A stretch of 64,000 bases of DNA. Source: Phallusia mammillata (lineage: Eukaryota). Position numbers and translations under genes: made by a program. Within the stretch, counting starts at the first letter, position 1, and each line of letters opens with the position of its first letter. The notes below the pieces were generated by a model. That model made no database searches and had not been told where the DNA came from. It saw only the letters and a list, made by a program, of their open reading frames with translations. Shown in pieces: positions 41,201-53,900 of this stretch. The stretch spans positions 20,894,001 through 20,958,000 of the forward strand of contig OZ281499.1 in assembly GCA_965637545.1 (NCBI GenBank), given 5' to 3'.

Positions 41201-44200
41201 CTTTTTGCAATATCACTTTTTGCAATTTTTTGTGAAAGGGCAAAAAAAATCAACTATTGTTGTCCGGCATACAGCAGCAAGATTTATTACTCGACCAGCA
41301 GATTTTTTATTTTAATGTAACCGTCGTTTCGACGTCCTTTGCCTTCATTTGGGCAATGGAAGATTGTAGCACAATGACCGTTGGTGAAAGAGACTTAACA
41401 AAAAGTCATTAGGAAGAAAAAATATTTCGTTTATTCAACGTGTAGTATTGACTTGAATTACTGCGTTATAACATTGTGGATTTTAAAAAATCACAAAAAC
41501 ATTTTATGTTTTGTAGTTTTGTGTTATTGACAAGAAGTCGGGTGATCAGATACCAATAAGATATGCAACTGAGGGAGAGTTTTGTTTCCACTTTGTTAAT
41601 AGTTTTGAAACAAGCTCAAACGGGAGAAAATTTCTGGTGATTGACTTGTGTTGCCCAGCAGGCAAGAATATGAATGATGGACTTTTGTAAGTACATATGA
41701 GAAGGTTTTAGTCTAAATATGAAATGACTTCAGCTACATGCTTTCAAAAAAAGAACACAAATTAAGTTCATACAAAATTGTGCAAATGTGTGAGTTTTTT
41801 TACAGCATATTAAAGAATATGAGGAAGCCTATGATGCCGAATAAATCAACGCCAACGAAATTTAAACGATATATCCTTCCCTTGGAAGTTGATGAAACAA
41901 CACCAAAAGGTAGAGGTTGAACAAATTACAACGAAGTTTGATTAGCTTTTATTATTATCAGAGTGACGTTGTGTTGAACTAACAACAACAACTGATACTT
42001 GTTTTACATGATGTGCAACTACGGACAACTATAGCGTCAACGAGAAAATTGATTATATTTTTTCACCTACAGACGTTAACTTGGTTAACATTGAGGGCAG
42101 CATGGCAGAATCGAAAGTACAGGATGACGGATCGGTCTTTTTAACTGCGGAGTTGTTATTGGATGAAGCACATTCAGGCGTTTTGGAGCTGCCTCGCATC
42201 AACTACAAATATAATGGAAAAGATTACAGGTACGCAAAAACATTGATTGAATTTACGTATGCCTTGAGGTTTAGTAGTGAAAAACTGTTATATTTTTGGA
42301 TAACAAAGTCTACCTAACAAACGACATTAGTCTAATTTAACCATTTTGCGTTTGCAGGTATTTTTATTCAGTATCGTTCTTTGATCCAGATGGTGGAGGT
42401 CAATTAGTTAAGGCTGACATTCAAACCAAAACCGGAATCAAGTGGAAAGAAGCGGTATGTTACAATACTTCTTTGATTGGTTTTCGTAAGAAGCTTGGTG
42501 GGGCGTACAACACACCCAATCAGAAATTTATCACTACCCCAAGTTTGATTTATCTATAAATTATCGATCAGTCATACATGGGCAGTTGTTATAGTCCATG
42601 GATAAAATTGGGTTAGACACTTGTTTATACCCCTGAAATTTGACATCGGCCTTTTGATGGCCCACACTTGCATTATTTACTGCGCAAGTACGGTAACACT
42701 TGGGTGTTCCAAATATAAACATGTTAAAATTAAGATAACCCTTACATGTCCCAAGCCTAAACACGAGAAATCTACATATTTCTTTACCTCGGCGCATGGC
42801 AAAAATGACACAACATATTTATTTCGTACACTTTGTATTAAAAAGAACATTTTCGCTTTTAATCTTTTAATTCAATGTCAGTGATGGCCGTAGTGCACGT
42901 CCTCATTCCATTCCCCAGCTCTTGCTCACAGTGTGATAAAACATCTGTAAACAGAATGACTGCAAGTTAGTTCAGACTTCTAACACTTACACATGTGATG
43001 AGAAAAATAAAAGGCAAAAAAAAAAATAAAAAAAAAAATAAAAAAAAAAGACTTGCTGAAAAGTAGACGTCCTAATTCTGCAACTTATTACACACGCAAC
43101 AACTATTTTAGTCTATTTTGTTTCAACACAGTTAGTTAAAAGAACTTGAACATACAAAAAAGAACTTACCACTTATAACAGACGGTGTACATCACGATTT
43201 CCCAAACCTATGCTGGTACGTTTTATGCTTGAAGATTCTAAATAATTCCTTTAATATCACAGACTACACTGTTCGCCATTGTTGTATAGCAAACGACAAT
43301 TCCATTCAAGCTGTCTTAACAGTTGCTGACAAGGTTTCGAAAAAGTCATAACAGTGACACTGTAACACCTCTCACTCCAACTGCCAAACTTTGTAATAAA
43401 AACGAGGAACAAGTCGCAAATAATTAGCCTATCATATTCAAATACATACTCACGTGATTTCGTCAACCAATTACACAATAGGACGTTGTTTGTTTCACAA
43501 AGGAACAATTTGGACAAGAGTGTGGTTGCACACAAAGTTTCCAAACAATACCTGGGCGCTGCATTTATGTGATAAACTGTACAGTGAGGCGACGTGCACT
43601 TTATTTAAACAAGTCGATAGAATGACGCGAGAGCCACAACACCGCACATAAAAAGACAACACGAGACAATAAAGAAAAAGGTTCGCTTCGCGTCCTATGC
43701 ATGTAGGGAATTACAGGGTCGCTACATTACCCCCTCCAGAAGCGAACTTAACGAAAACGTACAGGCGGACGAATAACTCGACCAGTGCGCGTTTGTACGA
43801 TTTGCCGCTCCAAGTTACTGGGTGGTGCTGGTGGCGAAGTTCTATGCACAGGTGGTCTTCCACGGCGGGGAACCTCAGGCATGTGAATCGGCTGTGTCTC
43901 GTCAAGGTACGCTGGCTTCAGGCGATCGATTGAAATTGTCTCGTTACGTCCACCTATATCCAATGTGAACGTCTTGTCACTGCGACGAATCACCTTAAAC
44001 GGACCGTTGTATGGCGGCGATAGAGGTGGGCGATGCTTGTCAATTCGGACAAAAACATAATCACTCGTGCGAAGTGTTGTGGGAACATGTGTCTTTACTT
44101 CATTGTGTCGTGACATCGGCGGCGGGACTAGATGTCGGAATGATTCGTGCAGCGCTGGAAGTATTTGCTGTGGACACGTCGGTTTGTTTACAAAAAAATC

Positions 44201-47200
44201 ACCAGGAACGGACAGAGTTGAACCATAAACCAATTCAGCGGAGGAGGTTTGTAGATCTTCCTTCGGGCAAGTGCGAATACCGAGCATTACCCATGGCAAT
44301 TCGTCTACCCAGTTGGAACCTTGTAAGCGAGCCTTTAGAGAAGCTTTAAGATGCCGATGAAAACGCTCCACAAGGCCGTTCGCTTGAGGGTGGAAACTGG
44401 TAGTTCTGTGCACCCTAATGCCAAGTAGTTCGTTAAATGCTGTCCATAGAGCTGAGGTGAACTGAGGGCCTCGGTCTGAAGAAATGTCCTGCGGCAACCC
44501 AAAGCGTGAAATCCAGTTGAAAATAAAAGCACGTGCACATGTCACAGCAGTTGCATCAGGCATTGGTATTGCCTCTGGCCAACGTGTGAATCGGTCGACC
44601 ATCGTAAGTAGGTAGATGTTGCCCTGTGAGGGCGGCATTGGTCCCACTATGTCAATGTTGACATGGGTGAACCGGCCGCTGCACGTAGGATAGTTTGATA
44701 GTGGCGCACGGACATGTCTCTGAATCTTTGAACGTTGGCAACGCACGCATTGTTTGGCCCACAAACCCACTTGCCTTCGCAGGCCGTGCCACACGAATTT
44801 TGAGGCCATTAGTTTCTTAGTGATTCTAATGGATGGGTGGGACAATCCGTGTACCACGTCGAAAACTTTCCGCTGCCATGACGCCGGCACTATTGGACGG
44901 GGCGTGCCTTGAGAAGTGTCACATAAGAGCTTTGTGCCAGATCGTCGGACTTCAATGTCTTCAAGATTGAGGTTAGTTATCGCTGTGCGATAGGCTTGAA
45001 CCTCTGGGACAAGTTGAGCCTTCGCGAGAGCAACGTAATCCATATCTAAGGGAAAATGAACTGCATTAACTGCTCCACGTGAAAGAGTGTCTGCCACACA
45101 ATTTCGATTGCCGGCTACATGGCGCACATCCGTGGTAAATTCCGAAATGGCGGTCAGATGTCGCTGCTGACGAGCAGACCATGGAGAGGATACTTTAGAA
45201 AACGCAAATGTCAGTGGCTTGTGATCGGTATAAACCACAAACGGGCGACCTTCTAGAAAATACCGAAAATGACGTACCGATAGATATAACGCAAGCAGTT
45301 CTCTGTCAAATGCACTGTATTTTGTTTCCGGTAGACGAAACCGCTTACTAAAAAATGCCAGTGGACGCCACTTGCCCTCAATGAGTTGCTGCAAAACAGC
45401 GCCAGCAGAATGTTCCGATGCGTCTGTAGTGAGGGCAGTTGGAGCCTGAGGTAACGGGTGGTGCAGCATAGTTGCTTCAGCTAAAGCCTGCTTGGCGTCT
45501 TCAAAAGCTGAATTCAAAGAGGTACTCCACAAGAGCTTTTTTGGTTTTCCTGCAAATGCTGAGTATATAGGGGACATGATTTTTGCTGATTCGGGAATAA
45601 AGCGGTGGTAAAAATTAATCATACCCGCGAATTGCTGGAGTCCTTTAATGGTTGTTGGGCGTGGGAACTCTTGGATAGCTTTTACTTTATCCGGAAGTGG
45701 TTTTACCCCCTGTTTTGATACCCTATGTCCCAAAAAGTCAATTTCTGATACGCCGAATTTGCATTTGCCCACGTTAATAACTAAACCATGGATGGTAAGC
45801 TGTTCGAAAAGTTGCCTCAGGTGTGTAAGGTGCTCAGCAACCGATGTGCTAGCCACGAGGATATCATCCAAATATACGAAAACGAAATCCAAAGGTTGAC
45901 AGACAGTGTCCATTAGTCGCTGGAAAGCTTGAGCCGAATTTTTGAGGCCGAATGGCATACGGAGAAATTCAAACAGTCCAAAAGGAGTTACAACCGCCGT
46001 TTTTGCAATGTCTGCTGGTGCCATGGGAACTTGGTGATACCCACGCACAAGGTCGATCTTTGAAAAAACGTTGCGCCCCGCTAAACGAGCGGAAACATCC
46101 TGAACATGAGGAATCGCGTATCGATCGGGCAGTGTAGCTGCGTTCAAGCGTCGATAATCACCGCATGGCCTCCAGTCTCCCGAAGCTTTCGGGACCATGT
46201 GCAGTGGAGATGACCACGGGCTGGAGGATCGCCGTATAATTCCAAGTTTTAACATATGGTCAAACTCCTTCTTAGCAATCGCCAGTTTCTCAGGAGGCAA
46301 TCTCCTAGCCTTGGAATGTACAGGTGGGCCACTGGTGATGATAAAGTGCTCCACACCGTGTGTGGGAAATGCTTCACAGAAATGAGGAGTTGTTATTTGC
46401 GGAAATTCACCCAAAAGACGAGTGTATTGAGAGACACTGCTGGCTAGTGCGTTTAACTGTGGTGCTGATTGTTCCATCTTGCCGATAGCATTGCTAAAAA
46501 ACGTCTGGGCGTTGACAAGGCGTCTGTGTTTGATGTCCACCAACAACGCGTGTGCCCGCAGGAAATCCGCTCCCAGCAAAGGCTTCGAGACATCAGCGAG
46601 AATAAACGGCCATTTAAATTTTCCCAAAGGCAGATCCAATGAAACACAGCGTGTTCCATAGGTGCGGATCTCGCTTCCGTTTGCAGCAAGTAAAGTTTTG
46701 CCTGAAGGGTTCATGCGGCGTTCGCGTCCCGAGGGAGGAAAAACACTGACCTCAGCGCCAGTATCGACAAGGAAACTATGACCAGAAGTGCGGTCAAACA
46801 CGTGGAAAAGGCTGCTTGCTGTACCGGCCAACGCAGCAGCTAGCGCCGGTCGGCTTCCTCGTTTCCCGCTTGCCAAGAACATGGAGGGCGGCAAGTTCTA
46901 GCTTTCATACCAAATCGATCATGGTAAAAACACATTCCGCTTCCATCTGGATTTTTAGGTTTGATTTGCCGCATTCGTGGCTTAAAATTAAAACCAACAG
47001 CGTTCTCAGAATCACAGCGTCCGGCACGCAACAAAACATCAGCTGTCTGAGCCATAGCTCGATAGTCGGAAAATTTCTGGGCAGCAAGTCCCGTTCGTAC
47101 ATACGTTGGCATGAGTTGCAGAAACAATTCTTCAAACAAAAAACACTCTTTCTGTTCACCCAATAAAATTAGCATTTCATCCATCAACGCTGATGGCATT

Positions 47201-48502
47201 TTGTCACCTAAAGGAGGCATCTGAAGTAGGCGTTGTGCTCTTTGCGACTTTGTCAAAGTAAACATGGAGAGCAAACGTTCTTTAAGACTTACATACTTGC
47301 CGTCTTCCGGTGGATTGTCAAAAAGGTCAATTAACCGACCTGCCGTGTCTTGATCCAATGCCGACAGAACGTAATAGTATTTCGTGATGTCCGCAGTGAT
47401 ATTTCTTAAAGCAAATTGTGCCTCTGCTTGTTGAAACCATACTTTAAGCTGAGCTGGCCAAAAGGTTGGTAACTTTATGGCAACTGCGTTTTGAGATTCT
47501 GTGCTCATGTTATCACGTCGGTGGTCACCAATGAGGCGACGTGCACTTTATTTAAACAAGTCGATAGAATGACGCGAGAGCCACAACACCGCACATAAAA
47601 AGACAACACGAGACAATAAAGAAAAAGGTTCGCTTCGCGTCCTATGCATGTAGGGAATTACAGGGTCGCTACAACAGTCTTTTTAAATTTGTTTCAACGT
47701 TACCCAAAAGCTATTAAAAAACATTGCGCTTTTCTTCATCCGAAAGTCAGTTCCTGCTGTAGCTTGAACCAAATGGTGATATAATTTCACCAAAAAAACG
47801 ACGCCATTTTAACGCACTACATTTTGATTTTTTCGTCACATCAGACTATGAGATGTCCTATGATCAATTGGCGGAACCAGAAATCAGTCTTATATGTCAT
47901 ATGTTTACCAGTTTATGTTTCGACACATAGGAAATTAATCTCAACTCCCTGGGCCGCTTTGCTGTTGTACCTTTCATTAATGGACGATTAAGTTTTAAGA
48001 AACCTTAGTAAAATGTTTTCCTTGAGCAAGTTATGCATTCGTGGGATATAAAGGTGCTAGGCTATCCCACCATCACGTTATGGTTGTTTGTACGTTTAGG
48101 GCTGTTTGCCATCGGAGCCAGTATTTGTGGAGAGACCAGGAGCAACCGAAGAAGATGACGGAATCATACTTTCAACTGTTTTAAACCAAGATCCTGCTAA
48201 ACCAGTGTTTATGCTAATTCTCGATGCAAAGACATTCACGGAAATAGCCCGTGCAGAAGTATGAACAAGTTCTGAATTTAACACAAAACATCATAAGCAG
48301 GTTTTAAAACTATTTTATGCGAAATAAATCACCTTTTGCTCGTAGCACGCCAGTTAAAGAGTCTACAGTTTAGTAATTACAAAACTCTTTGAACTTGACT
48401 TTTGCCTAAAACTCCTTGCTATATAATTGGACGTAATCATATTTTTAGGTGGATACTAAACTTCCAGTATCATTTCATGGAGTTTTTGACATCAAAACCT
48501 AA
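38233..48502 (+). CDS. Carotenoid cleavage oxygenase (BCO/RPE65 family), tandem copy 2; intron 10 carries the Gypsy element
   Basis: [12 protein letters not shown]...[14 protein letters not shown], with the same 12-exon structure. Exon 10 ends at 42454 and exon 11 starts at 48100. No frameshift or stop seen. Confidence 0.92.
38648..39112. mobile_element. Penelope-like element remnant forming a long inverted repeat (pseudo-LTR-like arms)
   Basis: Arms ~38648-38848 and ~38907-39112 are near-perfect reverse complements. An extra truncated direct copy lies at 38602-38649. Each arm carries a hammerhead-like motif and AATAAAA. Confidence 0.7.
38920..38957 (+). ncRNA. Minimal type I hammerhead ribozyme motif
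   Basis: GAC CTGATGA T GGCA ATAGTACC TGTC GAAACGTA GTC. Intact core, 4-bp stem II, palindromic ACGT stem III, 3-bp stem I. Confidence 0.65.
40341..40570 (+). mobile_element. Degenerate copy of the tRNA-containing element at 51860-52223, with its 5' segment inverted
   Basis: 40381-40570 matches the minus strand of ~51865-52100. 40342-40377 matches the plus strand of 52164-52199. Confidence 0.7.
43748..46894 (-). CDS. pol: Pol polyprotein (PR-RT-RH-IN), in the -1 frame relative to gag
   Basis: FLVDTGA protease, YLDD RT, TDAS/DHKPL RNase H, HHCC and DDE integrase, GPF motif. Probably expressed by frameshift at 46861-46867 rather than from the listed Met. Confidence 0.96.
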   Translation of the reverse strand: MPPSMFLASGKRGSRPALAAALAGTASSLFHVFDRTSGHSFLVDTGAEVSVFPPSGRERRMNPSGKTLLAANGSEIRTYGTRCVSLDLPLGKFKWPFILADVSKPLLGADFLRAHALLVDIKHRRLVNAQTFFSNAIGKMEQSAPQLNALASSVSQYTRLLGEFPQITTPHFCEAFPTHGVEHFIITSGPPVHSKARRLPPEKLAIAKKEFDHMLKLGIIRRSSSPWSSPLHMVPKASGDWRPCGDYRRLNAATLPDRYAIPHVQDVSARLAGRNVFSKIDLVRGYHQVPMAPADIAKTAVVTPFGLFEFLRMPFGLKNSAQAFQRLMDTVCQPLDFVFVYLDDILVASTSVAEHLTHLRQLFEQLTIHGLVINVGKCKFGVSEIDFLGHRVSKQGVKPLPDKVKAIQEFPRPTTIKGLQQFAGMINFYHRFIPESAKIMSPIYSAFAGKPKKLLWSTSLNSAFEDAKQALAEATMLHHPLPQAPTALTTDASEHSAGAVLQQLIEGKWRPLAFFSKRFRLPETKYSAFDRELLALYLSVRHFRYFLEGRPFVVYTDHKPLTFAFSKVSSPWSARQQRHLTAISEFTTDVRHVAGNRNCVADTLSRGAVNAVHFPLDMDYVALAKAQLVPEVQAYRTAITNLNLEDIEVRRSGTKLLCDTSQGTPRPIVPASWQRKVFDVVHGLSHPSIRITKKLMASKFVWHGLRRQVGLWAKQCVRCQRSKIQRHVRAPLSNYPTCSGRFTHVNIDIVGPMPPSQGNIYLLTMVDRFTRWPEAIPMPDATAVTCARAFIFNWISRFGLPQDISSDRGPQFTSALWTAFNELLGIRVHRTTSFHPQANGLVERFHRHLKASLKARLQGSNWVDELPWVMLGIRTCPKEDLQTSSAELVYGSTLSVPGDFFVNKPTCPQQILPALHESFRHLVPPPMSRHNEVKTHVPTTLRTSDYVFVRIDKHRPPLSPPYNGPFKVIRRSDKTFTLDIGGRNETISIDRLKPAYLDETQPIHMPEVPRRGRPPVHRTSPPAPPSNLERQIVQTRTGRVIRPPVRFR
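46840..47508 (-). CDS. gag: Gag of the Gypsy element (222 aa)
   Basis: [10 protein letters not shown]...WFQQAEAQF...TKYYYV N-terminus. C-x2-H-x9-C-x3-C ([18 protein letters not shown]), the CHCC signature of CsRn1-type Gag. Confidence 0.93.
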   Translation of the reverse strand: MSTESQNAVAIKLPTFWPAQLKVWFQQAEAQFALRNITADITKYYYVLSALDQDTAGRLIDLFDNPPEDGKYVSLKERLLSMFTLTKSQRAQRLLQMPPLGDKMPSALMDEMLILLGEQKECFLFEELFLQLMPTYVRTGLAAQKFSDYRAMAQTADVLLRAGRCDSENAVGFNFKPRMRQIKPKNPDGSGMCFYHDRFGMKARTCRPPCSWQAGNEEADRR

Positions 48503-50966
48503 AGTTTAGAAGTGGAAGAATATCAACAATTCATTCAACTGAAGCAAAATGTCATTCCCCGCTTTCTATGCAACTAATTTCTAGTTTTACATATGTATAG
48601 TTAAAAAGTATTTTTACATACTTATGAACATAAGTCCTTTCATATTTTTTGCTACGTTATTGTACATTGGCTATCTTGTTAATAAACAGCGAAATAGCGC
48701 CTGGTCAGCATTTACAAGATGCGTATCCCAAATCGTAAAACCAGTAGCATTACAGTTTTATATTTAAGGTGGTCATCTTTAGGAAAAGAAACCTATCTTA
48801 TTTTCTTTAGAAATAAGTTGGTAAAATATAAAGTTAAACAAATTTGTCAGCTGTTCAATTGGGTTGTTTAACAAGCAAACCGTTTGTTCTTTTTGCATTA
48901 GGATAAATTAAGAACTCCATTAGGCTATAATGCACAGATTCAGCTTGATTCTATATGTACTAGCTTCATTTCGCAATAAAGTCACAACACCTGGAAACGT
49001 TCTGAATTCCTTTGTACAAATCAAAAAAGAAAACGGACAACGCCAATAAACGATACATTAAACGTAGTCAAGGCTGCAGCGAGATGTGTAAGTATCTTTG
49101 CGTAACGAAGCATTGAGTCAAATGTAAGTCATGACACTTATAACTGCAAAAACCGCTGCTGTTCAAATATACCAAATCGGTGTCACTGACATTGCCATGC
49201 AGACACAAGGTTTTATTCCAAACGTAACCCGCAAAACCAGAACAAGTTAGTTCAGCACCTTATTTAGCCGCTGGTCATTTACGCTTGCAATCAGTTATCT
49301 ACCAGTGCAGTAGGTGTACGGAGTTGAGACACCAAAGCCAGTATTGATAAATCGCACCGAGAAAGCAGCACATGATGTAAACAAAGTTGAAATTCCTACA
49401 CATGTGGAACATTGATATGTAACCGCTTTTTAAACAAGAAAATTATGCTGAGAAACATATTGTTATGGACTCATAGAGCTGTGTTGGACAAATTGTATTA
49501 GCGATATGGCCGGGCTGCCATCGACTTGTGCTACATGTAAGTTTTACTTAATCAAAGAAACTTTTACTTTATCAAAAGATTATTTTTCGGAAAAAATGGA
49601 ACTGTGCAATTAGTTTCAAAACGTTTATGCAAGAAAAGTTCTAAACTTGTACAGCAAAAGTACGTATCTAATCCAGCTACTGTGCTAATGTAACTGAAAA
49701 ATGCCTTTCTGTATTTTGTATGAGTAGAAACAATGCATTTCACGTTAACTCAAACAAAGGACGCAAGCCAAAAAATGATATTTCTTAGAAACAGGTCAGG
49801 ATGGCAACCCTGACTATATCGCTCTAAACCGGAAATAGCTGCGTAGCATTAAGGCGGAATGGAGAAAAAGGCACGATTGGCGAATAGAAGTAGAACGTTT
49901 CGGAGCTACACCATTGGAAGCCACTGTACGGGAGGAATTTGCTGCAAACTAGCTAGTCGTGTGGGTAAATAGAAGAGGTTTACACAGAAAAATAGACCGG
50001 TCGAAAGTTTTTTCATCAGACCTATAGGATCACTAACGAAATTTCTACATGATATGTTGTTATTAGATCGTAATTGACAGCAATGAAGAGGAAAACTTAT
50101 ACCCAGTGTTACACTAAACTAGACATGTTGCAAAAATGCTTAGTATTAATAATTTAGGTGCAAGCATTGAGATAATTTATCATGACTTGATAAAGCGATA
50201 CAGGAAGCAAGTGGTGATTTTGTATGTTTTGACTCGGTTACTATAGCTGTTTTACGCCACTACGTATGCATGAACAATAACAGGATGCTTTAAAACAATT
50301 TCGAATACTAGATTAGACGCACGGAAAACAGTGGATAAAGTCAGTACAACTTTACAATGTGGTTTGTGACAGTTTCTGGCAGATTAGGCATAAGGCAACA
50401 GATTTTTTACAATACATCGACAACACAAAAAGTCAAGTACGCAACAACCATTGTTTAGTACTGGACCATAGCAAGCCATAAAATATCAAAGCTTTTAGTG
50501 AACTGACTTTGGAACAGATGTATTTTAATTTATTCAACGGACCAAAAACTACTCAATGTAAGCAATTTAAGCCTACTACGTGCGACGAAATTGACACCAT
50601 ACATTGACGTCAAATAACAATGGTTGTGTGGGAGCAGTAAGAGGAAACTACACTAAGCACGCGTGAAGAATGTTAGGTCGAGAATATTAATAGCAACTTG
50701 CCCCCAGTGTGTGGAAGTGATTTGTTTTGTGCAACCTTCTATTGATCGTACTACCGATCAGGGAAGACAGAAACATTTAGATATTTACTGAGCTGAAGTT
50801 GTATCATTACAGATTTTAGGTAAGGCCACAGAGGAAGGTCAAATCCATGGTTGAACATATAATGTAAAAAGTCAGGGTCAATACTGAATCTTTAGGTTTT
50901 TTGTTTACAGAGGGCGGCTAACAGACATATATTGTACCATACCATCTATGTTGTAAGTGTTATTTG

Positions 50967-53900
50967 ATGGAAGGCACTGAGGAAAAACTAATTGATTTTT
51001 CAGCCGGTCGCCTTGTTACTGCTGATGAGAAAGAACCACAAGAGTGCAATGTTAAAGGTAAGTAAGCATGAGAGTGACACGGTGGGAAAACAAAACTTGT
51101 ATAAACGCAAACATAGAACTAGGTCTAATTTTATAATGTATCACGTACATCTTATTTCACACGTTCCGACGTATTTTTTTCATGTTAGGATGTATTCCTG
51201 ATTGGTTGAATGGAGATGTACTGCGCAACGGGCCTGGCGAGTTTGAACTGGGACCTGATAAATTTGAGCATTTGTTTGACGGACCAGCGTTTATTCACAA
51301 GTTTGTGTTTAGATTGAAACTAATAAACAGCCTTGTCTTGACTTGCTTTTTAGTCCCTTTTTTAAATTTACGTGTTATTATGAACTGTGTTAAGAATATT
51401 AGTTTGGTTCTCGTTAAACTTTTAAGACATTCGTGTAATCGACTGCTATGTGACCAATATATAAACGTTTTTTAATCAAGCTATAATTTCAAATCAAGTG
51501 ACGATGTACCAGGTTCAGCATCAAGAATGGCAAAGTAATATACTCGGGAAAGTTTGTTCAGTCGGAGATGTTCAAAACAAATCGGAAACACAACCGCATT
51601 TTATGTGGAGGATTTGGCACAAAGTCCTATACTGATCCATGCAAGAACGTATTTTCAAGGTTGAGGTTCCCTCATTTTCGCAAAAACCTTTTGCAGCATA
51701 AACACTTAAATATATTTCAGTGTAATTGTAAAACAGAAATTTGCTGAGAATCGTTTTAGACTACTATTAAAAATGTGTGTTGTATATTTCTTGTAACAGT
51801 AATAATAACTGTGACTTGTGTACCTGATTTTATACTTTGTTGCAACACAACCAATCATACATCACAGTACGCCAGGCCCATTGAAGGCGCTATACCGAAT
51901 CAGCCGGTCACCAAGCATTCACCACCATATGGCAAGGCGTAGGTTAGAAAAATCTAGCCTGCGGTGGGATTCGAACCCACGACAGGAGTCTTTCCGGGAC
52001 TCGCGCTCTACCAACTGAGCTACACAGGCTCAGTGGAGAATCCGCCGAAAGTCGAATCACAAGCACCGTTGCCTGCCTCGTATGCTGCACATGTCAGCTT
52101 CGTAGTAGGGGATCGCCAGATTGACCAGTATCAGTTAAGATGAACATAAATTCATAACTGGGATCAGCCCTGAAGCGTCTATGCAGACCAGCGATCACGG
52201 CACACTCATATATAAATCACAGTACAACCAATCATAATTATAGACGGTTTAGTTTTGGTAATGCAAAATTTAACTTACGAATATTTCCAGGTTTTTTACA
52301 ACTCTTACAACAACACCGACAATTGACAACTGCAACGTGAATATCGCGTCGTTAGGAAATGTGCATTACGCTATAACGGATGGTAGTATGGCGTATCGCT
52401 TTGACCCTGAAACCATCGACACCAAAAATCTGGTCAATATGATGGACATTATCAACATACCTTTGAGCACCGCACACCCACACTATGGTAAGTAAAGTAA
52501 AGTATTGTTTTTCAACATTTAGAATCATGCGAGCAGCTAACAAACTACGTTTGGTTATCGGTACATCACTTTTCAAGACGAAAACCGCAAAAAACTAATA
52601 TAATATTTTCTTTTCAAAACCAAATTTCAAAGAAATTGTCTATAGTTTTTATAAGAATTGAAAGTGAATCGTAAAAACTGATGTTTTTATATTTCAGAGT
52701 ATAGGCTTCTGACACACACGGTACCAGAGTTTCTTTTGCAAATGTTTTTGTAAAGCGTTTAAAGATCTTAATAATACGAACAATTTATCTACATATCTGC
52801 AGATACCAATGGGGATTACTACAATCTTGCAATTACTTTTGGTCGAAATTCCTACTACAATGTGGTAAAAGTTCCAGCGAGTAGTTTGTGCAACGAAGAT
52901 CCATTGCAAGACATTAAAATACACTCAAGTATAAAAGTTGACAATCCCTTGCAACCAACCTACTTTCACAGGTGACTCAAAAATGTTCTGCATGGTGGTA
53001 TGTTATAATAATCAGTCTCAAGCCATATTCACTACCTTACATAGAAGGCTTAGCGAGCATAGGTACAAGGCATTACGTAAAGAGAAACTAACACAGCTAA
53101 TGGTCACAAAATTGTGAACACGATCACTGACCTTTTTGTTAACTTATCGTTTCAGCTTTGCACTGACTGAGAACTGTATCGCATTCCATGATCAACCGTA
53201 TCGAATCCAAATTCCCAAATTTCTGTGGAAAGTGGCCACGTGGCAACCAGCTATTGATTCATTTCGGGTCGACCCTTCAAGAAAGTCCCTGGTAAAAAAA
53301 TACTGTTTTTAAAGGAAGCCGTAACGGGATGTTTGGTAGAAAAGCATATACTAACATTCCCTTTGTTTTGCTCATTGCTTGAAAATATTAGGAAACTAAA
53401 CCTTCTTTAAAACTAAGATCAACATGTTTATACAAAAATCACAGTACGACAGACCTATTAAAGATTCCATACCGAATCGAGCCGGTTTCCCAAGCATTAA
53501 TTTTTAAAGCTTCGGGTAAGGTAGAGCCAAAAATTCGGATCCAGAAGGTAATGACGCTTATTAAGCTTGGTATTGTCATTACTACACCGATAATTTTAGG
53601 CTGGTTGTAAAAAGCATCACGTATTTATTTTTTCAGTTTCATGTTATTGACAAGAAGTCGGGTGTTCAAATTCCAATAAGATATGCAACTGAAGGGGAAT
53701 TTTGTTTCCACTTCGTCAACAGTTTTGAAACAAGCGTAGAAGAGAGAAAATTTTTGGTGATTGACTTGTGTTGCCCAGGAGTCCCGGACATGAATCACGG
53801 CCTTTTGTAAGTAAGATTAACACAAAACAACTTTTGATTCAAAAATCAAGCATGCACATTATGCAAAGTTGTAAAACCGGCCCGAACCTTCATTTTTAAG

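Larger units (their letters stand above)
43585..47673 (-). mobile_element. Full-length Ty3/Gypsy LTR retrotransposon, CsRn1-like lineage
   Basis: Identical 142-bp LTRs 43585-43726 and 47532-47673 (TG...CA), TSD ACAG, PBS 47513-47530 complementary to the tRNA-Trp 3' end with a 1-nt insertion, PPT GGAGGGGG adjacent to the 3' LTR, intact gag and pol. Confidence 0.97.

Noticed and set aside
44011-46689. Several 60-110 aa ORFs overlapping pol on other frames or strands
   Set aside because: Expected by-products of a long GC-richer ORF, with no recognisable motifs.
51956-52029. Bona fide tRNA-Ser(GGA) gene
   Set aside because: C33, an extra base before the anticodon stem, a short variable arm, and a position inside a TSD-flanked element with a decayed second copy.
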